Positions 37,201-48,253 of a stretch of DNA of 64,000 nucleotides are shown one piece after another. The first letter of the stretch is position 1; every line of letters begins with the position of its first letter. The notes under the pieces were generated by a model. The model made no database searches. It had not been told where the DNA came from and saw only the letters and a program-made list of their open reading frames with translations. The stretch is taken from positions 1 to 64,000 of the forward strand of contig NMRA01000110.1 of NCBI GenBank assembly GCA_002633005.1. The letters run 5' to 3'. Position numbers and translations under genes: made by a program. The stretch comes from Phoronis australis. Its lineage: Eukaryota > Animalia > Phoronida.

Positions 37201-40200
37201 TGTTAAGTGGCCTGTATTAAAACTTGATTTGTGACGATTGATTGGTTGACAATGGCTTCAAAGGTATGTTTCAGTTGAAAGCTGCATACAACTTTGTAAC
37301 ACTGTAAGTGTAGTGTAGTTTCACTTGTTTGACAGGTAGACTATCATTCATTTAGTAGCTGTGTTTTGTTGTAAGAATAATGTTTAGTGCTATTGTGTTT
37401 ACCTGCAATCTTCATCATATTCCATTGTTAATGTCATATTTAATGTTCCTATCCCATTTACTGGACGATTGCATGTAGAAAGCAATGGTTCATTCCAACA
37501 AGTTTCAAAAGTGTTTCTTATTGTTACCAATATTGACTAAGTTTACCTGTCTTCATTATGTCTCATTGTCTTTGATATTTAGGCTTGAAGCTGTTTACTG
37601 TGGCTGTTATCCCCTTGTTCCAAGACGATTGGTCTATCCCGAGATATTCCCAGGTACTGCAGACTATGCCTGTGGTGACATCTAATTTAGAAACATCGTG
37701 TTTGTCTTTTTGTTGATTTCATACATGTGCTGACCTGTACTGCATTTTTTGTTAAATATTGCATAACTGAATTATGTAATTATGCAGGACCTTATCAACA
37801 TGTCTGGATTTACAGAGTTATAGAATTTAACTCGCTAAAAGTATTTTTAAAATGGAAAGCCTGTAAAATTTCATACTTGAATTTTACCGATCGGTAATTA
37901 ATTGGACCGTGTGACCTTGTCTGTTGTGGTAAAACTTAGCAAAAAAGGTACATTTATAGCAAGTCAACAGTATCAATATCGTGGCCCTAGTTCATTTGAT
38001 TTAATTGTTAAAGACGACATCTCAAAAACACTTTATACATTTTTCTAAATTATTTTGTTTTTACTTCATGAAAATCTCAAAATTTCTAGTATTTGATATC
38101 CCCTCATGCAGAATTGGAAAATTTTAAAAAGAAAGTCTACCACTGACAACAGTGCCTAAAACATTTCTGAAATATGCTGTCCCATATTTAGCCAAATTTG
38201 GACATTTTTCTTGGGGTCTTTTTAACTCTAAACTAAATTCAAATGAATTTACCAGAAGAGCCAAGAGTATGAAGAAGAACAATTGAACAATAGGATGTTT
38301 GTCAGAGTGAAAAGGATATTGACCCTATTTTGATTATTACACCAAAACATCTTCTGTCTCTTGCAATTGCGACATAGCTCTTAGTCAGAGCAGTTGACGA
38401 AAGGGACCGTAGTTCAGTTTGGGCCTTTTTTCCTCATAAAAATACATTGGCTCAACTGAAAATTAGTCATGGTTGTTGATTAAGAAGTTCTTGTTCAGAG
38501 TTTTTGTAGTCGACGAGCATCATGTTATTACTAAGTTATGAATGACCTCGTCACAGTTAATAGCTCTTCATAGTCCTAAATGGGGGTTAGTATGAATCCC
38601 TTTAAGTGAAACTCCTCCGTATGTTATTCTAGTTACACTGGTGTATGTTCTGATGTCAGATCACAGAGAACACCTATTAAACTGTTTATAAGGTGAGGAC
38701 TGTGATCATTTGATTGGCATTATTTCAGATGAATGTCTATACAACACTGAAGGTCAACTATTGAAGAAACTAAGGAAACTGTGTCAGAGGTCTGACCTTG
38801 TTAGGCATGGAGACTTCAAGGTGAGCTCTTGTTAAACATGGAGACTTCAAGGTGAGCTCTTGCTAGACATGGAGACTTCAAGGTGAGCTCTTGTTAAATA
38901 TAGAAACTTCAAGGTGAGCTCTTGCTAGACATGGAGACTTCAAGGTGAGCTCTTGTTAAATATAGAGACTTCAAGGTGAGCTCTTGTTAGACATGAAGAC
39001 TTCAAGGTGAACTCTTGTTAGACATAGAGACTTCAAGGTGAGCTCTTGTTAAACATGGAGACTTCAAGGTGAGCTCTTGCTAGGCATGGAGACTTCAAGG
39101 TGAGCTCTTGTTAAATATAGAGACTTCAAGGTGAGCTCTTGTTAGACATGAAGACTTCAAGGTGAACTCTTGTTAGACATAGAGACTTCAAGGTGAGCTC
39201 TTGTTAAACATGGAGACTTCAAGGTGAGCTCTTGTTAAACATGGAGACTTCAAGGTGAGCTCTTGTTAAACATGGAGACTTCAAGGTGAGCTCTTGTTAA
39301 ACATGGAGACTTCAAGGTGAGCTCTTGTTAAACATGGAGACTTCAAGGTGAGCTCTTGTTAAACATGGAGACTTCAAGGTGAGCTCTTGTTAAACATGGA
39401 GACTTCAAGGTGAGCTCTTGTTAAACATGGAGACTTCAAGGTGAGCTCTTGTTAAACATGGAGACTTCAAGGTGAGCTCTTGTTAAACATGGAGACTTCA
39501 AGGTGAGCTCTTGTTAAACATGGAGACTTCAAGGTGAGCTCTTGTTAAACATGGAGACTTCAAGGTGAGCTCTTGTTAAACATGGAGACTTCAAGGTGAG
39601 CTCTTGTTAAACATGGAGACTTCAAGGTGAGCTCTTGTTAAACATGGAGACTTCAAGGTGAGCTCTTGTTAAACATGGAGACTTCAAGGTGAGCTCTTGT
39701 TAAACATAGAGACTTCAAGGTGAGCTCTTGTTAGACATGAAGACTTCAAGGTGAGCTCTTGCTAGACATGAAGACTTCAAGGTGAGCTTTTGTTACACAA
39801 TCGTGGAAACTTCACTGTGAACTCTTTTTAGACATGAAGACTTCAAAGTGAGCTCTTGTTAGACATGGAGACTTCAAGGTGAGCTCTTGTTAGACATGGA
39901 GACTTGAAGGTGAACTCTTGTTAGACATGGAGACTTCAAGGTTTAGTTCTTGATAGACATAGAGACTTCAAGGTTTAGCTCTTGGAAGACATGGAGACTT
40001 TAAGGTTTAGCTCTTGGAAGACATGGAGACTTCAAGGTGAGCTCTTGATAGACATGGATACTTCAAAGTTAGCTCTTGTTAGACATAGAGACGTCAAGGT
40101 GTAACTCTTGTTAGACATGGAGACTTCAAGGTGAGCTCTTGTTAGACTTGGAGACTTCAAGGTGAGGTGCCGTTATGGCTAACCATGTCACCAAGATGTT

Positions 40201-42059
40201 CCTCTTCATTTGTTTGTTGTTATCTAATTTGTTGTTTTGAGTGTATTATTGTGGTTCACTTGGCATTCTTGTTGAACATTTATGGCTACGTCCTTTTTCT
40301 GCTGTTTGAGTGTAGGATTTTAGTATATGTAAACTTAAAGATATGTCACACCTTTGTGTCATGGATTTCGTTTGAAGAAGTGCCTTCTCAATTTGTCATA
40401 TCATTTGCCAAAATATGCTTATTCTAAATATTTTTCTAACAAAAGACTATTTTTCCTATTCGGTTTGACTAAACTAAGACATTATTTTAAGTTTTTGGCC
40501 GGTAAAGTAATATGCTGTGCATTTTTGAGTGGTTAAGAGACTCTGCGCGTGCGTATTACTGGAAATATTATGGGAACTTACTGACAGCAACCCGTTTACC
40601 AATATGAAAAGGAATTCTTCAAAATTGTAGGAGAAATTACATATTAATTTTTTGATGACCTTTCCACTAATTGACCTCTTCCGGTGCCATTAATAATGGT
40701 TATGAGCCCCGATGAGGGAGGAATTGTTTACTCGATTAAAAGTGTTGTTAATGCTAATAATCACAGATGTTTTACTTTAAGCACTTCAGAATACAAGATG
40801 AATGAAGTGGTCAAACTTTCAGAAGAAAAATGCACCTAATGACCCCATGGGTGCACCAAATGACCTGAAAATTTAGAATTCAAACTCAATCGCACTTAGT
40901 AAACAGATACGTAATTCAAAATTCTAGTTCAAAATTTTAGTTTGCACTCAATGACCTTTGACCTATTTTTTCTGATTGGTAAGGCCTATTGCGAAGAAAA
41001 TTAGGGTATTCAATTGGCATGTTGACTTACCCCAGTGTGCTGAAATTGAAAAGAATTCCTTGAAAAACATAAGAGATATAACATTTTGAACATTACACGA
41101 CCTTTGCACTAATTGACCTTATCCGGTGCATTTTAAGCATCTTTAGGAGTATTATTGCAAAGCCCATGGAAAATATGTTTAACGCTGAGAATCACAGTTG
41201 TCTAATGGTTGACACATCAGAATACTTGCTGATTGAAAAGGTCAATTTTTCAGAAGAAAAATGCACCTAATGACCCCATGTTTGCACTAAATGACCTGAA
41301 ACTTTGGATTCCGATTTGATTTACCTGTGGCAATGAGACCTGTCAATTTGAAGTGTCTAGCTCAAAATTTTAGTTTGCACCTAATGACCTTTGACCTATT
41401 TCACCTGATTGGATGACCTGATTACTTAGAAAAGTAATTTTTTAAATTGTCATGTTGACTTATACCTGTGCACCGAATTTAAAAAAGATAGCTTTAAAAC
41501 TGAAGGAAGAGTAGCATTATGAAAATTATATGACCTTTGCACCAAACGACCTCTTCCGGTGCAACGTGGAACATGATTATATAACCAATCAAAATTTATA
41601 TACTGTGAAAAGTCATATGCTGAATTTAAAGACCGTACCTGCACCCAATTTGGAGTTATTAAGCCTCAAAGTTGGTCGGAAGAAGAATAAGAAGAATAAG
41701 AATAAGAATAAAATTGAAGAAAACCCAGGCACAACAGTACTCTGCGCTTACACGCGCAGAGTAAGGATTACATCCAAATGAGTGTTTTAATTGAAGTTGT
41801 TAGGTAATCTGGGACGGTGGATTTTGTTTTTAATTTTCGTTGACTTGATGGTTACCATAGTGCCCTATGTAGCTTTCACCCGCATTTGTTACTCTTTAAA
41901 ATCATTGCATCTGCTTAGATGTTTGCATTGAAGTATTGTACTTTGTTTCAGATGGACTGCTTCAGATATTCTTGGGACGGACTGCGAGACCAGTATATGA
42001 GTGTGTTCATAAGGAACCAATCTTCTGGAAAGTCAACGGTTAAGCAAACTGTTATGTAG
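34258..42059 (+). CDS. GTDC1: tRNA-queuosine alpha-mannosyltransferase (GTDC1/QTMAN; DUF3524 plus GT4-type domain); 6 coding exons
   Basis: Exons 34258-34475, 35007-35174, 35849-36457, 37583-37653, 38729-38820, 41952-42059 (TAG), phases consistent. Motifs [132 protein letters not shown]-terminal YSW match GTDC1. Confidence 0.96.
35291..35449. mobile_element. Small Tc1/mariner (pogo/Tigger-like) MITE with TA TSD
   Basis: TA|CTGTAAACTCGCGGGTTAACGCCC ... GGGCGTTAATCCATGAGCTTACGG|TA; about 24-bp imperfect TIRs. Confidence 0.75.
36605..37118. repeat. 64-bp minisatellite (GAGACCATGCTCAGCACACATGAAGACATGCCATTGTAACCCAAGCTGTAGAGCCTGATCTACT), about 8 copies
   Basis: Periodicity seen directly in a GTDC1 intron. 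Confidence 0.93.
38797..40166 (+). repeat. 31-bp minisatellite (CTTGTTAAACATGGAGACTTCAAG|GTGAGCT), about 44 copies, starting inside a GTDC1 exon and containing its splice donor
   Basis: The first copy is the coding end of exon 38729-38820 (LVRHGDFK|gtgag); the same unit repeats to 40166. Confidence 0.97.
40535..41764 (+). mobile_element. Helentron-associated non-autonomous element (HINE/DINE-1-like)
   Basis: 5' subterminal ACTCTGCGC (40540-40548); about 2.5 internal repeats of about 440 bp rich in TGACC; (AAGAAT)n microsatellite about 41680-41712; 3' hairpin TACTCTGCGC-TTACAC-GCGCAGAGTA (41738-41763). Confidence 0.7.
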
Positions 42060-42795
42060 AAATAGAGTGGAGGATGCATTACTGAAGAACTAAGAAGAAC
42101 CCATGAAGTGCTAATATCAGCATTTAAAACTAGTTCAAGAACCGATACACCTAGTAATACCTAGAACTGCTTAAGGTTTGTTGTAAAAATACTTCAAGTT
42201 ATATTTGTACTTCTACAAACTGTGCTAGAACTTTAGTACTTGAGTGGTGTACTAGAACGTTTTCATTTTGGGGTTAAACTAAGGGAAGTGTTTGTATGTA
42301 CAGTACTATTTTGACTTCTTTATTTAGTGGAAATACAGTGCAGCATGCAGTTCTGACCCCTATTGACTTCATCTGTAGCTTCTAAGAGGCTCGTGCTTAT
42401 GTAGACAACGTGACTGATAGTTCGGTCATGTCAATGAACCTGTCAATTCCAGTCAATAAGCACTGTGTAAATGCCGGAAAGCACTAAAATCTCCCTGCAT
42501 TTTGACCCATGCATATCTGTTGACAATCAAAGCAAGGGGATAGTGTTTGATGAGCTTGGGACACTTATACTTTGCAGATCAGCCATTCAAGGAAAACAGC
42601 AAAAATGCTTGTGAGATATGCAAGAGCAAAATTGCCACTATTTGATTCCCAAACATCAGATTTGTTTCAAAAGCCAGGTCAGTTGTACTGCCTGTAATAG
42701 GAACACATGCCATTCCATAAAAATCCGTCAAAAACTTGTATTGAACCAAAGGTAAAATATAAAATTGTCAGGGCACCACTGCAGTCGGACTCGTT

Positions 42796-43235
42796 CAAAA
42801 ATCGCTGTCAGCCTTGCAATTCCCAGTCATAACGATCCATATTGTCACTTGGCCCATAGAGAGGCAGGCAACAACTGGCCTCGAAAACAATGAAAACAGG
42901 CACGAGGTGGCGCAGAACACGTCAAATCTAATCCTTTGGCACGAAGGCGATGTCGTCTGCGTAACGGTTACCCAATCGCCAAATTTCATGTAAATCCATC
43001 CAAGGAGCTCCGAAATTACAAAGGAAACGCAAAAAGAAAAGTCAAAATTTCCACAAAGGGGCGCAGTGGTTCTCTGATCTGTCACAAAGTCGTCACCATC
43101 CATTGTCAATTTCATAGAAGTACACTTGACAAATTTAACAAAGTTTCTGCAAGGAATTCATGAAATACAGCGGCTGCGGACGCAAAAAAAAAACAAAAAC
43201 AAAAGCGCCACTATAGGAGGCTACACACGTAGCCG
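42796..43235 (+). mobile_element. Possible second HINE-like repeat fragment
   Basis: CCAAATTTCATGTAAATCCATCC core, A-rich stretch and short terminal hairpin GGCTAC-ACAC-GTAGCC; boundaries uncertain. Confidence 0.35.
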
Positions 43236-44651
43236 TCGGGTGTTCTCTGCGCAGTATGAACATATAATTATACCAATTTTCATAACCATCCTTCATGCGG
43301 TTTGGCCGATAGAGAGTTGTAACGGCCCTCAAAAACATTCGAAGACAGTAGAAATGGCCACCATGAAGTGGCACAGAGTACGTCGATTCCACCCGGAAGC
43401 AAGAAGGCGGCGTCGTCTCTTCAATTTCCTGGAAGTCCGTCAAGGAACTACTAAGATACAGAAGCGAACACGAAAACCTGAAATTGTCACTAGGGACGAG
43501 CACACTACTTGTCAGAAGCTCCCGAAAATACGCTCATTCCGTGGTTCCATCCGTATGTGCGACATTTCACGAACCTCCATCCTTCAGTCTTCACTGGAAG
43601 TACAGGGGCGGGCGCCGGACAAGCTGTGACGACTGTATAATGCACCCTCATATAAATGTGTGTGCATAAAACATAGACCTCATGATCAGCTTCTGAATAT
43701 AAGCCCGGGGAATATATGTCAAGATCAACACTAAACCCATGTTCTTGACGTGCTGTAAATATTCTCCTTTCCGACTAGAATATGATGTGAATTGGGCTAA
43801 CAACCAATTCAGTGGAACTTAAGCCAGCACCTTAGTCGACGTGCTGTTGGTTGTGAAATGGGGTGTGCCTACATGTTGTAAGTGATGGGAATTAAATATG
43901 ATACGACTTATGGAAATTAAATATGATACGACACATTGCTTATGAAATTAGTCTTCAACCTTGTGCAGTTGTTATATAGATGGTGTGACAAAGAAACTGC
44001 CACAAACCTATTATGCAACTGGATGGGTAAGTAAAAACGAGATTTTAACCTAACTCTCGATCGTAAAAATTGTAATTGAAATCCGAGGCAATGTCTTATC
44101 CGTCACAGGATCATGTTCAAGTAGGATCTTAATGCTCCTGTCGAGGATTACAAAAGTATTGATACTTTTTGAATCTTGAACTAGAGTCACAAAATTGTGT
44201 AACTATTTTCTCGTAGGAAGATCACCCGCTGTGAATTTCGTCAAACGAAATGTGTAATCGTGGTGAGGGTAACTCTTTACCTATTTGTGTTGTAAGTGTG
44301 AAAATGTCCAAGTTGATAAGTTTTTTGTTGTCGCTCTCCTCGCCAATCAGTCTGTGGTGCACTATCAGCAATTTAAAAATTATGTTTGAAACTTAGACAG
44401 TGAATTTTCATTTTGAAAAAGCTGACGTCACGTTGAAAGACCATCGTCAAAGATTTTACTAAGTTTACTGACCTATAAATTCTTAGACGTTGTAACAAAA
44501 ATGAAGCGTAAAGAAATCTGTTTTATAGCGTTTATGAACCGGTGCGTTCCAACCAAGAAGCCATGACATTGATATCGGCTTGTTCCTTGCTCGGATGAGC
44601 GGAAGTGATGGGTTGGACAGTTCGTCCGTCCTCGAGAGGATGCTCGTCGCA

Positions 44652-44884
44652 TAAACTGATGACACACCATGACAAGCCAACTTGTAGAGCCGAACCTCAA
44701 GCAATAAACTAATGACACACGATGACAAGCCAACTTGTAGAGCCGAGCCTCAAGCAATAAACTGATGACACACCATGACAAGCCAAGTTGTAGAGCCGAG
44801 CCTCAAGCAAGCCGAGTCTCAAGCAATAAACTGATGACACACCATGACAAGCCAACCTGTAGAGCCGAGCCTCAAGCAATAAAC
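44652..44884. repeat. 53-bp tandem repeat (TAAACTGATGACACACCATGACAAGCCAACTTGTAGAGCCGAGCCTCAAGCAA), about 4 copies
   Basis: Periodicity seen directly. Confidence 0.93.
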
Positions 44885-47599
44885 GAGCAGTCAGCTCTTT
44901 GCAAACCCAGAAATCGTAATTTGACTAAAGAACAGTGAGAGACCAATTTGACTTAAGAACTGTGACAGACCAATTTCATCAGCGGTACGTGGTCTAAATA
45001 AAAACTTTTTTGAAAAAGACGGGTTTATGACACCGAATCTCGAAATTGTTTAGATGCACAGTACAACGACGATTCAAGGAAACTGGAATTTAGACAAATT
45101 TTCTCATCGTTTTAGAGCCTGGTTTCAAGCAATAGTGAAATGTCAGTTCTTTTCAATGAGCACAAAGCAGAAATCACTAAATTTTGACTAAGGAACAATT
45201 TGAGACCAATTTCCTTGCTCTAAGTTGTTTAGGCCTAATATGTGTGATGGAAGGCAGGTTTATATCCGATTTGGTTATCACAAGCACAACAACTGAAGAT
45301 TGGTAGATTAAAAGTTATTTTGTCTTTCTTAGTGATGAAATTTCGAACAAATTGTGTGAAGTTTCACGTCACAATTATGGATAATGCAAAGCTCATTACA
45401 AGTATTTTCACATAAAAGCTGCTTTAAACTCCTCAAATAGCAGCTTGCTGTTAGCTAGTTCTATAATTTTAGCTGCATTATTGCCGGGGAAATTCAATCA
45501 AAGTTTGACTTATTAAGTACATTGTAGAGCGATGTCCTTTGTTTGGCAATGATTTGCGGACAATGAATTCAGAGCAATCTGAAACCGTCTGTGCAAATTG
45601 TGACACGACGTTTGTACTTGGGGGTTTTCGGTCAAAGCAACATCTCATGCGCACTCAATACTGTGATAAAAAGTGCCCGACTTATTGGGGAATGTCGCTA
45701 GTGGCGTAAAACATATCGTAACCTGCTTTTGGCATGAATTTGTAAATATTTAATGTGTTAAACATGTTGCAGTTTGATTAATCGTATGAATGCTTCAACC
45801 ATGAGTCCTGCCATGACGCCAGATCTCAGTAACACACACGCTATTTTTGTCGTTCGAAAACGACAAATGCGTTGTCAATTTGATTGGAGGTTGTGATTAA
45901 TTGGATTTCTCACATAGTTTCAGTTTAATTTGAAATACAAAACTTCGTATTTCATTGGTGATTCGATAGTTCGTTGACTTTCCGCACACAAAAGCAGTTT
46001 ACGAAGGACGAATAGGAAAACGGCTGTGGGCTATTAATTAATTTTTCAAAATGTGAAAATTTTCATCCCAATTTTAATTGTCCTGTTTCATTTCCAAGCC
46101 GGGGAAGTGTTGATATTGCGGACTTTTGTGGGAATGTTGGTATGTAGTGTCGCTTGCTGAATGCAACCTCATCGACGGTGTGCTTCGGGTTCCTGAATAC
46201 AGCCTCTATTAAAGCCTATTAAGTTAACCCAATTGTGTCTCATCGCATGTATATGAAGGTAAATGGAGTCGACAATGTCATCAAACGAGACGCGAGATGA
46301 CAATACGTGTTTACATTGGTCTAATCGCTCAATTTACTCTCGACAATTTAACGTTGAGGTAAACGCGTCGACTGTTTGTGTTTCTTTTATCTTTGCTGCG
46401 ACTGATTGTCATTGGCGGATAGTCGTCACTGGGTCCCTTAACAACCAGCTGCAACAGAAGTAGAGCCTGCTGCGTTGTTAGAGTGCCAAGTTATAGTATC
46501 ACGGAGCGCCGGCAGGTGAGTAATTAAGTTAATTAGCTAACTGTTTACTTACAAGGTTTTGCCCGTCGTTGAATTTATCAGGGCAGCTATTACGCAACTA
46601 CAGTATCAGAAATGTTTGCGTGGAGGATTTTCAAAGTTGTTGTACTACTGAAGACATAGAAGTGCAAGTGTCTAAGGTTAATACTTCTTTTGTGAAGAAG
46701 AAGTTTCCATTTTCAAAAGGAATCCGAAAGGTTACGGAAAATATCACTTGCTTCACAGTAACGTAGGTCTTCTCCAAAACATCAAATTTGAATTATAAAA
46801 GATGAACCGTTTTACTTGAAAGTGTAAAACCAAATAAACACCAGTGTTCAGGTCATGTACGCTGATTGTTCGCGACTACCCCATATTACGATCGAATTGT
46901 GTAATTTATAATAAATTAGACAATTCAAAACTTAAAAACGGTGTTTTATCTTTTTGTTTTCTTTGCCAAGATTCCAACTAAACTGCCTAAAAATCGCCAT
47001 TGAAAAAAAGTCTTAGTGTTTTTACTCGTTTTTATTATTATTGTAACACATGAGTTTTTGCTTTCTTTGTCAATATTCGAACATTATTGGCGAGCACCAT
47101 TAAAGTACAGTTATCGTCGATAACACGCAATTATTGTTCTAACGTAAGCACATGTGGAGGAGCAGCCTGATCGCGAAGAGAATGTTAACATTCTCTAAAG
47201 CCTTGTCATTGCTATGTTGTTTTGTGGGATTAAATAAGTCTAGATAATGACTGGTGATCCTTAATTGAGCGATAAGTCAAGCCCCAGTTTGACTGTATCG
47301 TCGACCCAGCAGATCTGTGCATTATTAGGTTGCTAACAAGATTGCTATTGCTGGCCTGAGCCCTAACTAAAGTGAAGACCCGGGGACATCTAAAAGTTAT
47401 TAAAGTATCGCGTTGTCCCGGAGATTCAACTAAATGCATTGACAATGTCCATTTCGGTTCAAACTTAGCGTAATCTAGTCAAGGGATTAAGTATGATTAA
47501 ATTCTTAAAGTTCATCTTCACGTGGGTATTATAATACATCCTAGTTTTCAATTGGAATCCATATGAAAAGCTTTTGACTCAAAATTAGCTTTTAGAAAA

Positions 47600-47712
47600 A
47601 TGTATGTCTCAGGTCTAAATGTATACACAGGTCTAAATATATGTCTCAGGTGTAAAATGTATGGCTCAGGTCTAAAATGCATGGTTCAGGTCTAAGTGTA
47701 TGTTTCAGGTAT
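47600..47712. repeat. Degenerate tandem repeat of about 19-20 bp (TCAGGTCTAAATGTAT-like), about 6 copies
   Basis: Imperfect periodicity seen directly. Confidence 0.75.
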
Positions 47713-48253
47713 AAAATAAGACAAATTTCAAAATATTTAAAAATTGTCCAGTTTGGCAATCCCTAGAATTTGGGACTCGGATACTACCGCAAAAATTGAA
47801 TTCTCTTGATTCTGAAATTCTCGACAAAGGCTATTTTGGTGTTCACCATAATTCACAAACTTCAGCCCAGGACAATGCGTTTTCAACTTCCTTAGCGCGT
47901 AATTTCGACGTCTTTCTAGTGATTTTAATTTGTGACGGCCAATATTATCAATTTGAAGAATATGGGACAAGCTCTCATCTTGAGCAAAATAATTATGTTC
48001 TAACTTCCCAAATTGTAGAACTTTTACCGGTTGGCAAACTCCTAAAACCTCTGAAGCGTTTTCTTGGGGCCCTTATAGTGTCGATAACGGTGATGAATAT
48101 TAAGAAACCGATCTGATGAGAGTAAAATATCCTTTAACTTAAACTAAGCTCAATACGCACATTTACTGACTGATGGTTTCCTTTTATAGTGTTTCAGACC
48201 TGCCAGAAGACCATTCACGAGACTATTGTGTTAATGGAGTAAGCTGTGTTGCA

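Noticed and set aside
36605-40166. 64-bp and 31-bp arrays as CRISPR arrays or repeat-protein exons
   Set aside because: They are head-to-tail units with no unique spacers; unit lengths are not multiples of 3 and the 31-bp array has an immediate in-frame stop.
238-42059. GALNT, SULT, DUF1295 and GTDC1 as a functional biosynthetic cluster
   Set aside because: The enzymes act on unrelated substrates in different compartments (Golgi proteins, cytosolic small molecules, membrane lipids, tRNA); nothing beyond adjacency links them.
42795-43669. Overlapping ORFs of 61-167 aa downstream of GTDC1
   Set aside because: No recognisable domain or exon structure; the region looks repeat-derived.
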